DNA of 64,000 nt from an uncultured Gammaproteobacteria bacterium (GTDB taxonomy: Bacteria; Patescibacteriota; Patescibacteriia; UBA11705; JABHMO01): assembly GCA_964590105.1 (NCBI GenBank), contig CAZPYM010000002.1, positions 26,697-90,696 of the forward strand. The letters are read 5' to 3'. The translations under genes and the position numbers were made by a program. Under the pieces are notes generated by a model, which was not told where the DNA came from, searched no databases, and was given only the letters and a program-made list of their open reading frames with translations. This document shows, piece after piece, positions 27,708 through 36,847 of the stretch (position 1 is its first letter; each line of letters begins with the position of its first letter).

Positions 27708-28139
27708 ATGTGGTCATCACTATTCGCCTTTTGGCTGATTTATTCAATGCTTTTCCTGGGAACTCTTTCCCCGGAAGCTGCTGAAGGTACGCTTGAAATC
27801 GCTCTGTGGACCGGACTTTTCGGCCTGGCGATAACTTCCATTGCTCTTTATTATTACTTCCATTACAAAAAGGTAGCCACCGGCTTCACGTTGCATAACT
27901 GCGACTGCGTTCGCGCCGGCGATGTCCTGCGGCAAGTCCGCCGTGACCCGCAAGGCATATTTCTGATTTTCACCAATGTCGACGGCGAACATGTCCGCCG
28001 AAAACTAACCGCAAAACAAGCAACGGATTTCCAATCACAGAGTTCCTACTTACCGGCATCTCGGCCCGGCGAATGCTGGCGGATTTATTCGATTGATCCG
28101 AAAAACAAAACCATTGCCTGCCACGGCCTCTGCTACTAA
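27708..28139 (+). CDS. hypothetical membrane protein
   Basis: RBS aaaaggaggctttccATG. Two N-terminal TM helices, with CDC and CHGLCY cysteines. Confidence 0.55.
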   Translation: MWSSLFAFWLIYSMLFLGTLSPEAAEGTLEIALWTGLFGLAITSIALYYYFHYKKVATGFTLHNCDCVRAGDVLRQVRRDPQGIFLIFTNVDGEHVRRKLTAKQATDFQSQSSYLPASRPGECWRIYSIDPKNKTIACHGLCY

Positions 28140-28145
28140 ATTCAC

Positions 28146-28178
28146 AAAAAGAGCCCTGTCTTACAACGGCTCTTTTTA
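28146..28178. terminator. bidirectional terminator
   Basis: aaaaagagcc-ctgtcttacaac-ggctct-ttttat. Confidence 0.55.
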
Positions 28179-28196
28179 TAATTGAATTATATTTAA

Positions 28197-31049
28197 TTAT
28201 TCCACAATCACATTGATCGCCTCGGCGCGATGATGTTCGCCCGCCGGATCAATAATTTCAATATACAATTCATAACCGCCCTTTTCATACGCCGCATTCC
28301 AAGATAAATTTATTTCGTTTGAATCGGGAAAAATCACTGTGGCCACGCTATTGATCTGGCCGGTTTCTGTTTTTCGGTACAAAACATTTACTTTTTCGCT
28401 GGCCAATAAATCAGTTAAATGAATCTTCAAGGGAGTCGGGAAGTTTTGCTGCTGAAGAACCGTTCCATTAGCCGGGAAAGTCCAGCTGGCTTGCGGCGCG
28501 GAAGCATCAGATATAATATTCAGTTCAATCTGAGCTTCGTTTATGTTGCCAACATCATCATGCGCCACGGCCCGTAACTTGTGAAACCCCTTAACAAAAT
28601 AACTGCTAATCGGGTAATGCAAATTGTATGGCGACAACGAATTTGTTTGTAATAATTTATTATCCAAATAATAGTCCACGCGGGTGATTCCTCTGGCGGC
28701 AGACGCATTGACGCTGGCATCGAGGAATGATTCAGAAATAGTAGCGTTATTATTTGGACTGGTAATAAATATTGTCGGCTTATTGGCTTCCGTATGCAGA
28801 TCATCAAATTCGCTTGGCGGCTGGTTCGTCGTAAACTCTTTGCCGGCCTCTTCAGTCGCTGATTTCAACCATGACTGCACTGCCTCTTCCCAAAATTGGT
28901 ACTGATAATCAGCTTTTACCGGATCATCAGGCGCGCCGCCGCGCGGATCATCTTTGTAAACATACTGTAAAATGCAATGCGCGTCCATGAACTCTTTTTC
29001 TTCAATTGCTTCCGGCGGAGTCAGATCGGTTGCCAACTTGCCGCTATATTTATCAATTTTAATAATTTTTACCGGTGAAATTTCACCATCCAAAACAGGC
29101 TTACCGGTTTTTTCAATTTCAACTGCCGGGAAATTTTCCACTGCTGTTCCTTCCAGCGCTTTTTTCATATACTCATTCCAGATAGGCACCGCCACTACGC
29201 CGCCGGCTGCGCCTTTTTTCATTGCCGAATTATCATTGTTGCCAACCCAGACGCCTGTGGCAAGAGATGGAGTATATCCCATTGTCCAGGCATCACGGTA
29301 ATCATTGGTTGTGCCTGTTTTGGCGGCTACCGGCCGGCCGGGCAAGGTCAAATTACTGCCGGCACCAAAAACATAGGCGCGCGCGCTGTCGTCAGACAAA
29401 ATATTAGTAGTCAAATTGGCAATCTTCGCGTCAATGGCTTTTCTTTTTCTTTCTTCGAATTTAATAAGGACATTGCCCTTGCTGTCTTCAACTCGCAAAA
29501 TGGCTACCGGCGGATGATACACACCTTCATTAGCCAGAGTGGCAAAAGCGGCTGTGTGTTCCAGCAACCTGACTTCGCCTCCGCCAAGGACAAGGGATAA
29601 ACCAAAACGACTACGGTCTTCAAATGACGTATAACCGAATAATTCCAGGAGATCAATTACTTTTTGCACGCCCACCAAATAAATAGTTTTGACCGCCGGA
29701 ATATTCAGCGATCCGGCCAAGGCTTTCCTCATCGTCACCGGCCCATGTTCAACTAAATCATAATTTAGCGGATGATAATCTTTTATTTCTGTTTTGAAAG
29801 TTGTTTCCACATCATAGAGAACGGTATCGGGCGTATAGCCTTTTTGAAAAACGGCTGTATAAACCAAAGGCTTAATTGATGATCCAGGCTGGCGCAGACT
29901 CAAAGCCACATTAACATTTCCGTCATGCTCAATATCAAAATAATCCTTTGAACCAACCATGGCCAAAATCTGTCCAGTTCGTGGATCTAATGACACCAAA
30001 GAGGCATTATAAAAATTATATTGCGCGCCTTTATTTTCAACGCCATTTGTAACTGCCTGTTCGGCAATTTCTTGCTTTCCCAGATCCAGCGTAGTCACCA
30101 CTTTGAGGCCGCCGCTCTCAACCAGTTCGTCGCCGAGTTTTTCACTGAGAAGCTCTTTGACATACATTACAAAATGCGGCGCAGTGATTGATTGTTTTTT
30201 TAGAGCAAATTCAATTTTCTCCGCGGCCGCCGCTTTGGACTGCTCCTCGGTAATGTAACCATTGTCAACCATTTGGCCCAAAACATACTGTTGGCGCCCA
30301 AGTAATTCATCCTTATGGCTTCCAAACGGCGAATAATAGGTCGGCGCTTTTGGCAGGGCGGCAAGAACTGCCGCTTGCCCCAAGGTTAAATCTTCAACGT
30401 CCTGATTAAAATAAGTCTGGCTAGCGGACTGAACGCCGTACGAAACAGACCCGTACGGGATTTCGTTCAAATACATCTGCAAAATATCATCCTTAGAAAA
30501 AGCTTTTTCAATTTTATAAGACAGAATAAATTCTTTTATTTTCCTGGAAATTTTCCTTTCATTAGTTAAAATAGCGTTCTTAACAAATTGCTGAGTCAAA
30601 GTTGAACCACCGCGAGCTCTCTTGCCCATCAGGGGATCAACAATCGCCCCCTTGATCATCGCCAATATATTAAATCCGCTGTGTTCGTAAAAATGTTTGT
30701 CTTCCGCTGAAATAGTCGCCCATTTCACATAATCAGGAATATCCGATAGCTTGACCAAAGTTCTTTTTTGCTCGCCATGCACATCATAGAGAACTGTTTT
30801 TTCATCCCGATCATAAATCTTGGTGCTTTGCGCCAAATTTCTCTCTAAAATTTTATTCGGATCAGGCAATGACCGCGAATACCAGGCAAAGGCGCCAATC
30901 AGGTAAATTACAAACAAGAAAAAGCAAACCACTCCAAGCTTAAAAAGTTGGAAGAACCATCGTTTAAATTTTTTCTTCATCTGCCGACCAAATCTTTTTC
31001 TCTGATATTCTGGCCGATGACGGATGACTCGAAGTTGGGGGATAGGCAT
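28197..31049 (-). CDS. penicillin-binding protein 1A (transglycosylase + transpeptidase) with ~300-aa C-terminal extension
   Basis: GT51 motifs (EDKHFYEHSGF, RGGSTLTQQ), TP motifs (SSIKP, SLN, KTGT), an N-terminal TM helix, and a long C-terminal beta-rich tail. The start is ambiguous between 31049 and the MKKKFKRW ATG at about 30979. Confidence 0.85.
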   Translation of the reverse strand: MPIPQLRVIRHRPEYQRKRFGRQMKKKFKRWFFQLFKLGVVCFFLFVIYLIGAFAWYSRSLPDPNKILERNLAQSTKIYDRDEKTVLYDVHGEQKRTLVKLSDIPDYVKWATISAEDKHFYEHSGFNILAMIKGAIVDPLMGKRARGGSTLTQQFVKNAILTNERKISRKIKEFILSYKIEKAFSKDDILQMYLNEIPYGSVSYGVQSASQTYFNQDVEDLTLGQAAVLAALPKAPTYYSPFGSHKDELLGRQQYVLGQMVDNGYITEEQSKAAAAEKIEFALKKQSITAPHFVMYVKELLSEKLGDELVESGGLKVVTTLDLGKQEIAEQAVTNGVENKGAQYNFYNASLVSLDPRTGQILAMVGSKDYFDIEHDGNVNVALSLRQPGSSIKPLVYTAVFQKGYTPDTVLYDVETTFKTEIKDYHPLNYDLVEHGPVTMRKALAGSLNIPAVKTIYLVGVQKVIDLLELFGYTSFEDRSRFGLSLVLGGGEVRLLEHTAAFATLANEGVYHPPVAILRVEDSKGNVLIKFEERKRKAIDAKIANLTTNILSDDSARAYVFGAGSNLTLPGRPVAAKTGTTNDYRDAWTMGYTPSLATGVWVGNNDNSAMKKGAAGGVVAVPIWNEYMKKALEGTAVENFPAVEIEKTGKPVLDGEISPVKIIKIDKYSGKLATDLTPPEAIEEKEFMDAHCILQYVYKDDPRGGAPDDPVKADYQYQFWEEAVQSWLKSATEEAGKEFTTNQPPSEFDDLHTEANKPTIFITSPNNNATISESFLDASVNASAARGITRVDYYLDNKLLQTNSLSPYNLHYPISSYFVKGFHKLRAVAHDDVGNINEAQIELNIISDASAPQASWTFPANGTVLQQQNFPTPLKIHLTDLLASEKVNVLYRKTETGQINSVATVIFPDSNEINLSWNAAYEKGGYELYIEIIDPAGEHHRAEAINVIVE

Positions 31050-31221
31050 GAGGATGGAGAACGTTAATTGATAGTTAATAACAGGAAATTACCAACCAAA
31101 TTCATATCCAAAAAACACAGTAAAAGATATTAACACAATATCACACCTACGGCCATGATTCAATATGCAAAACCAGCTCCAAAAATTGAACCCTCCGCCT
31201 TATCCGCGCGTTAAATCCGCG

Positions 31222-32151
31222 TTAAAACAGCATATCCAAAAATTTCTCAATCGGCTCGCGCTTTTTTCCATGAGTCGGGAAATGATGAAGCTGGACGCCC
31301 GGATCGCTATTTAATTCTATTATATATCTTTTTTTGTTAATGTCTTCAGCCAAATAATCAATACCAATCACATCTGTTTTTAAAAGCTTGGCAATGGTGA
31401 TTGCTTGTTTTTTTACTTCCGAAGATAATTCGTCCGTGCAGTCTCTTGACTCGCCGCCGGTATGAATATTGGCCGTCCCCCGCAATATAATTTTTTGATT
31501 TTCTTTCGGAACGTAATATAAACTTAATTTTTGCCCGGACAAAAACGCTTTCATGGGCTGATCAATGATAATCGGCTTTTTCCTCTGCTCCGGCGTTTCC
31601 TGCAAATTTTTTATGCTAATCAATTTTTTTATCGAATCCCTTCCATTACCGATTACATAAGCCGGAAATCTCTGAACCGCAAAAACGTTCTTATAATTTA
31701 TTACCAAAACCCTATGATCAACCCCCGGATAATATTTCTCAATGACCTTGCTGTGTTTTGTAAATTGATTTGCATAACGCCAGGCCTGCTTTAATTGCCG
31801 TACTGTTTCAATGCCCACCGAGATTCCTTTGCCTTGTTTCAATTTCATTGGCTTCACAACAACCTTTTTGTGTTTTTCAAGAAACTTTTTCGCTTCGCCG
31901 AATTCTTTTGTTTTGATCTGCGGCAGAACTGGAAATTTATTAATTTTCAAAAACTCTCTGGCCACAACCTTTGAACGAGCCAGCTCATATCCGCTGGCCG
32001 AAGAATTGTCACTGACAATTCCGCCGTATACTAAGTGTATTTGTTTCCCTTTGGATAAAACGCAAAAAGAATCATCAGATTCTAAAGTTTGACATTTAAT
32101 GCCTCTTTGTTTCGCGCGCCGGCATAAAAAAATTGTATGTTCGTTTTTCAT
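31222..32151 (-). CDS. ATP-grasp ligase, cyanophycin-synthetase-N-domain-like
   Basis: VVVKPMKLKQGKGI, AYVIGNG, NIHTGGESRDCTD, DVIGIDYL, and C-terminal QLHHFPTHGKKREPIEKFLDMLF, resembling the MHHxPxxGxPRxVAxAIxDxLF end of the CphA ATP-grasp domain. Confidence 0.65.
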   Translation of the reverse strand: MKNEHTIFLCRRAKQRGIKCQTLESDDSFCVLSKGKQIHLVYGGIVSDNSSASGYELARSKVVAREFLKINKFPVLPQIKTKEFGEAKKFLEKHKKVVVKPMKLKQGKGISVGIETVRQLKQAWRYANQFTKHSKVIEKYYPGVDHRVLVINYKNVFAVQRFPAYVIGNGRDSIKKLISIKNLQETPEQRKKPIIIDQPMKAFLSGQKLSLYYVPKENQKIILRGTANIHTGGESRDCTDELSSEVKKQAITIAKLLKTDVIGIDYLAEDINKKRYIIELNSDPGVQLHHFPTHGKKREPIEKFLDMLF

Positions 32152-32418
32152 GGGTTGTGACTTTCTGGCAATTGACTAGAAATCTACAATTTGTACTATT
32201 TCTCTTACAATACCATGCCCGCAGCAATGATTCAATATCCCCAGCAATGCTTGGAACCTTTGATTAAACCGTCTAGCACAAATAAAATCGGACGCTAACA
32301 ATTATGTTGGCATCCGATGAGTGTTAAAAACAAAGGACAAAAAAGCTAGAAGATCTAGGCATCCAAGCGCCCTGAACCACTCACTCCTTCGTCGCTCGGG
32401 TTCAGGGCAAGCAAAGCG

Positions 32419-32889
32419 CTACACACTTGCGAGGACTGCCGACGGACGATCGTCACCACAGTTACGGCCAAGCCAGTAGTAGTACCAGTCCCACCGCGAG
32501 CCACGCAAGCACAGGAATAGCACAAAGCGAAGACCACGAGGCGACCACAGGACAGTTCCTTCAAAACAAACATACTTTCCTTTCCAATGCTCGGGAATCA
32601 GATACGGATTATCCCACAGCGCTTTGAATACAGCCGCGTCCAGCCGAACATGACCAACCGCCTTGAGCCGCTTCAGCTTTTTCTCTCCCTGAATCGACCC
32701 GCCATCTTCCGGCCGGAGCATGTTCTCCAAGCGAATTTCGCTCAAGTCAATTTCTACGAGCGCGAGCGAACGCCCGTCCTGCTCGTCAATCTTCCAGCCT
32801 TTTTCACCGATGAAAACCGATGGATCAAACGGCTGGCTGCGGTCAATCACGAGCTTTGAACTCTGAAGTATCATCACCCGACCCCGCAA
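32419..32889 (-). CDS. hypothetical protein in a GC-rich insert
   Basis: ...GKYVCFEGTVLWSPRGLRFVLFLCLRGSRWDWYYYWLGRN. No family recognised. Local GC is far above neighbours. The true start may be the internal ATG at 32874. Confidence 0.4.
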   Translation of the reverse strand: MRGRVMILQSSKLVIDRSQPFDPSVFIGEKGWKIDEQDGRSLALVEIDLSEIRLENMLRPEDGGSIQGEKKLKRLKAVGHVRLDAAVFKALWDNPYLIPEHWKGKYVCFEGTVLWSPRGLRFVLFLCLRGSRWDWYYYWLGRNCGDDRPSAVLASV

Positions 32890-32938
32890 TTCTTCAAGAA
32901 TCGCCTAAACTCGGCGCCGACTTGAACAGGCTTCTCAA

Positions 32939-33038
32939 TCATCTCTTGCCGTCCAGCTCATCCCAATTAACCTTGCTGGCCAGAATGGCCATCAGATTAT
33001 GCTTATGGTACTGACCGACACTAACCGGCCTACTCATG
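32939..33038 (-). CDS. small ORF (32 aa) upstream of the previous gene
   Basis: gcggaggtgcgtcATG has a good SD. Translation is MSRPVSVGQYHKHNLMAILASKVNWDELDGKR. Coordinates are approximate to within 1 nt. Confidence 0.3.
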
Positions 33039-33277
33039 ACGCACCTCCGCGTTTACGCTGATCATGTTCCTCCCGCACTGCGCGGGACTCCATGACTAAC
33101 GCGATAGAAAAGATCAAGTTTCTTATTTACTTTAAGGTGTTATTATAATGCGCTATTTAAAAAATGTCAATGGCGGCTTGGCGTTTCGTTGCTAATATTA
33201 CCGTTTTTCATCGGTTACGAATTACGAATTGGCTACTAATATTCGTAGGAATGCGTAGATTCATAGCAGATTGGTAA

Positions 33278-34294
33278 TTAGTAGCCTTTTGTTTCAGGAA
33301 AAAGCTGGTCAATGATCGCGCCGGCCGCGTTTCTCGGTTCGCCGACATACGGAATGTGGTGCATCGAAATCATGGGAGAATCATTAACCTCAATAATAAT
33401 ATAATTTCGACTGGTTGGCTCGGCAGTAATATCTTTGGTTAAATAATCAATGCCCGCGAAAGCCAAACCGGGAATTGCCTGAATTATTTTAACTGCCAAT
33501 TTTTTTATCTTTGGATTAACAATATCAGTCGCGTCATAACTGTCGCCGCCAGTGGAGATATTTGAATTCACGCGTAAATAAACCAAATGGTCTTTTTCCA
33601 GAACGGTGGAAAGTTTTAATTTTTGTTTTTCCAAAAGCTCCCTAACTATATTATCAACTTTAATTTTTACCAGGCTTTTTTCATGTCCCCGGCCACGCCG
33701 CGGATCTTTGTTTTTCAGCTCAATCAATTGCTTGATCGAACGAATACCGTCGCCAACCACATTTGCCGGCACGCGATGAATGGCTGCCACATATCTTTCC
33801 CGGGTGGCGAAAATGCGATATTCCTCGCCGATAAATTCCTTTTCCACAATAACTGTTTTAAATAAGCCGGTTTTGAATTCTTTCAAAGCCCTTCGAACTT
33901 TGGCCTCTGAATCAAGTCCGACAAATACTTTTTTTCCCTGAATGCCACTCAGTGGCTTGATCACAACCGGATATTTTATTTTTCTGCAAAAATCTAAAAT
34001 TTCTTTTATTTTTCGATAATCAAAAACCCGGCTTCTGGCCACTTGAATTCCGGCCCGGCGGAAAAAATATTTTGCCAGTTCTTTGTTCCTCTGAATCCAA
34101 AAAGCAATGCAATCTGTTTCTGACGTTCTTTGCCCGACGATTACCTCCCTCCGTCCCTTGTATTGCAATTCTAAAAAACTTTTCTGGGACAAGATCCCGG
34201 ACTTAAATATCCGAACGACTTTTATACCTCTCTTTTCCGCTTCCGCTCCAATTAAGTAAGTACTAAAATAATTAAAATCTTTTTTGTTTAACAT
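33278..34294 (-). CDS. ATP-grasp ligase, cyanophycin-synthetase-N-domain-like (paralog of 31222..32151)
   Basis: YPVVIKPLSGIQGKKV, ANVVGDGIRSIKQLIELKNKDPRRGRGHEKSL, NISTGGDSYDATD, GIDYLTKDI, IEVNDSPMISMHHIPYVGEPRNAAGAIIDQLFP. This is the characteristic CphA ATP-grasp signature. Confidence 0.7.
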   Translation of the reverse strand: MLNKKDFNYFSTYLIGAEAEKRGIKVVRIFKSGILSQKSFLELQYKGRREVIVGQRTSETDCIAFWIQRNKELAKYFFRRAGIQVARSRVFDYRKIKEILDFCRKIKYPVVIKPLSGIQGKKVFVGLDSEAKVRRALKEFKTGLFKTVIVEKEFIGEEYRIFATRERYVAAIHRVPANVVGDGIRSIKQLIELKNKDPRRGRGHEKSLVKIKVDNIVRELLEKQKLKLSTVLEKDHLVYLRVNSNISTGGDSYDATDIVNPKIKKLAVKIIQAIPGLAFAGIDYLTKDITAEPTSRNYIIIEVNDSPMISMHHIPYVGEPRNAAGAIIDQLFPETKGY

Positions 34295-34355
34295 AGGAAT
34301 ATAGTAACAAACTGTTAAATTGCTAAATTGTTAAACTGTTTAAACAAAACGGGGT

Positions 34356-35213
34356 TTAGCAATTCTCCAGATATTTAACAATCTCTTCCGCAACATTGAT
34401 GCCGACAACCCGCGTGAATCGCTTAAACTTTGGTGAGCGATTGACTTCAAGCAACTTTTGCTGGTCGCCATCCCGAATAATGTCAACGCCAGCAATGTCA
34501 GTATTGGTGGCCTTGGCCGCTTTTAAAGCCAGTGCTTTCAATTCTTCGGTTAGAATAGCGGGCGTTGAACGCTTTTCCAAAGGAACCTTTTTTCTTTCCG
34601 AATTATAGTAGCTCATTCTTTGCATTACTCCCAGTATTTTATCGCCAACAACTAAAACGCGGAAGTAAAAATCAGCATTTACCTTTTTCTGAATTAAAAA
34701 TCGCTCAACCCTATTCTTTCTCTTGATAAAAAACTGTTCCAACCCTTTTTTTGTTTTAAATGAATAAATATTTCGGCTGTGCATGCCGTTTATGTCCTTA
34801 ATCAGAACCGGCCGCGGAATCTTTGTTAAATATCGGCTAAACTCTTCAAAAGTTGAAAAGTGAAAGGTGTCAACACAGGGAAGGTTTTCCTGAAAAAATT
34901 CAAACGACATGAACATTTTGTCAAATTCATAAGCCTTGTTGTACAGTTCGCGGTCAATCACTTCCGTGCCGGAGAACTTGAAGTAGCGAGCCAATGTTTT
35001 TGCCTTGGCAAAATACGGAGCAATGCCACGGAACAAGCAAACATCAAAATTTTCCAATTTTTCACCGCGCCAAAAGGCCTGCATTTTGTTATCCTTAACA
35101 ATCAATGAAATTTTATGCAAGGAAGTGCGCAGAACTTCATGGCCGCGCCTTTTCGCCTCGATCATTATTTGGTTATTTTCAATAGAGCGCGGTCCGATTA
35201 TCAATAGCTTCAT
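34356..35213 (-). CDS. RimK-like ATP-grasp ligase
   Basis: About 285 aa, with a C-terminal block DIAGVDIIRDGDQQKLLEVNRSPKFKRFTRVVGINVAEEIVKYLENC typical of RimK/GshB-type ATP-grasp. Confidence 0.65.
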   Translation of the reverse strand: MKLLIIGPRSIENNQIMIEAKRRGHEVLRTSLHKISLIVKDNKMQAFWRGEKLENFDVCLFRGIAPYFAKAKTLARYFKFSGTEVIDRELYNKAYEFDKMFMSFEFFQENLPCVDTFHFSTFEEFSRYLTKIPRPVLIKDINGMHSRNIYSFKTKKGLEQFFIKRKNRVERFLIQKKVNADFYFRVLVVGDKILGVMQRMSYYNSERKKVPLEKRSTPAILTEELKALALKAAKATNTDIAGVDIIRDGDQQKLLEVNRSPKFKRFTRVVGINVAEEIVKYLENC

Positions 35214-35449
35214 AAATGGGTTCGGGAAATTAAGTAAATTAGTGAATTGGCGAATTAGCGAATTAAGAGATTAAGAGAATTAAGGGATTAAGAGAATATA
35301 GAATCTCTCGCTTTACTATACTTTATTTAAATTTGATCTATAATTCGCGTCATTCGTGTGTTCCTTAGTCATTCGTGTTAATAACTAATTCACTTTCCTG
35401 TGTCAACCCGAACGAGGAGGAACGACGAGTCGAGGGTCGTGTTACCCCT

Positions 35450-36847
35450 TTACTTGGTAGGATCGATTAAAAATTTTTTCAAGTCCCGCCGGCCGACTAA
35501 AACCGGATATTTTAAATTTTCGCGCATAATCACCGAAGCATTGCTATTTATTTCCACTCCTTCAAGTTCGATCTTCAAAGGAATCTCCATTCGATAAGAA
35601 ACTCCATGACTGCTGAATGTTTTCGCAATAGCCACAATGTCAGGATGTTTTTCCAGTTCAAGCCAAACCTTTTTCCGGCTTAGCTCTGCCACTTCTTCCG
35701 CTGTCATGACGCGTTTGATATTAAATTTTTCATAATATTCAATGGCCTCACCAAAACCCAATTGTCTGGCCAGGTTTTCATCAATCGCCGTAATGCCGGC
35801 CCCAGTGTCCAACTTGGCTTCAATCGCCACCCATTGACCGTCTTTATCTTTAATTTTTATCGGGTTAATAATGCCCAGCACTCGCTTGCCGGTCATTTCC
35901 TCAACCTCGCTTTCAATTTCACCGCCAAAAAGTTCCTTGGCTACCGCAATTCCCTTTTTCACTGTTTTTATTTTCAATCCTTTTACCCGCAAAAGCCGAT
36001 CCTTGATCGGAGCTAAATTAGCAATCTGAATTGACAGTCCGGGATGCGCATTTAATTCCAAAATTACCGGCCCTTTTTCTCTGTCCATAGCAATGTCTAC
36101 GCCAACATAATTTAGACCACAGGCAACAGCAGCTTTGACAGCCAGTGTTAATATATTTTCCCAGTTTGGAATTTTGATCCCGCGCAAAGGCAATTTCATA
36201 TCAGGCAAATTCTCAATCAAACGATCATGATGAATCGCATAAGTGGTCACTCCGGTAGAAATATCAAGCCCAACGCAAATTCCGCCCTGATGCAAATTGG
36301 CTTTTCCTCTTGATTCCTTGGTAGGCAATCGAAGCATAGCCATCACAGGAACCTTATTGTAAACAATAACTCGAATATCCGGAATTCCTTTGTAACTATA
36401 TAGTTTAAATACGGGGTGAATTTTCAGTCTTTCTTCGAAAAAAGCCGCATCCGGCGCATTTGTTTTGGAATAATCACCGTCCAGAATATTGGAAACTCGA
36501 AGCATGATATCTTGCACACTCGCTTCGCGGTCAAGCGGTAATACCCACTTGCCATTTTTTTTCCGACCAAAAGTAACCATAATGCCCTCGCCGCCAAGTC
36601 CTTGATTTGGCTTTAAAACAAAACTTTTCGGCAGGGAGGCCCAGTCGAAATTATAAAATTCCTTGCGATTACGAATAGCCGCAATGATTCTTGACACCGG
36701 TAATTCATGCTTCACCAGAAGTCTTTTGGTGCGTAATTTTTCGTCAACCAATTTGATCTTCTTCTTGGAAGCGCCGGGCCGGACAAAAGTCAAATTCCTG
36801 GCATTCATGCCGAGAACCTGCTTACTTTTTTTCAGCCAACTCAACAT
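35450..36847 (-). CDS. RimK-like ATP-grasp fused to a retropepsin-like aspartic protease domain
   Basis: The N-terminal ATP-grasp carries LELNAHPGLSIQIANLAP. The C-terminal ~140 aa contain WVAIEAKLDTGAGITAIDENLARQLGF (D-T/S-G-A aspartic protease motif), the domain widely annotated as an ATP-dependent zinc protease partner of RimK. Confidence 0.7.
   Translation of the reverse strand: MLSWLKKSKQVLGMNARNLTFVRPGASKKKIKLVDEKLRTKRLLVKHELPVSRIIAAIRNRKEFYNFDWASLPKSFVLKPNQGLGGEGIMVTFGRKKNGKWVLPLDREASVQDIMLRVSNILDGDYSKTNAPDAAFFEERLKIHPVFKLYSYKGIPDIRVIVYNKVPVMAMLRLPTKESRGKANLHQGGICVGLDISTGVTTYAIHHDRLIENLPDMKLPLRGIKIPNWENILTLAVKAAVACGLNYVGVDIAMDREKGPVILELNAHPGLSIQIANLAPIKDRLLRVKGLKIKTVKKGIAVAKELFGGEIESEVEEMTGKRVLGIINPIKIKDKDGQWVAIEAKLDTGAGITAIDENLARQLGFGEAIEYYEKFNIKRVMTAEEVAELSRKKVWLELEKHPDIVAIAKTFSSHGVSYRMEIPLKIELEGVEINSNASVIMRENLKYPVLVGRRDLKKFLIDPTK

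Noticed and set aside
31531-32092. Plus-strand ORFs 31531..31794 and 31811..32092
   Set aside because: Antisense to the ATP-grasp gene 31222..32151.
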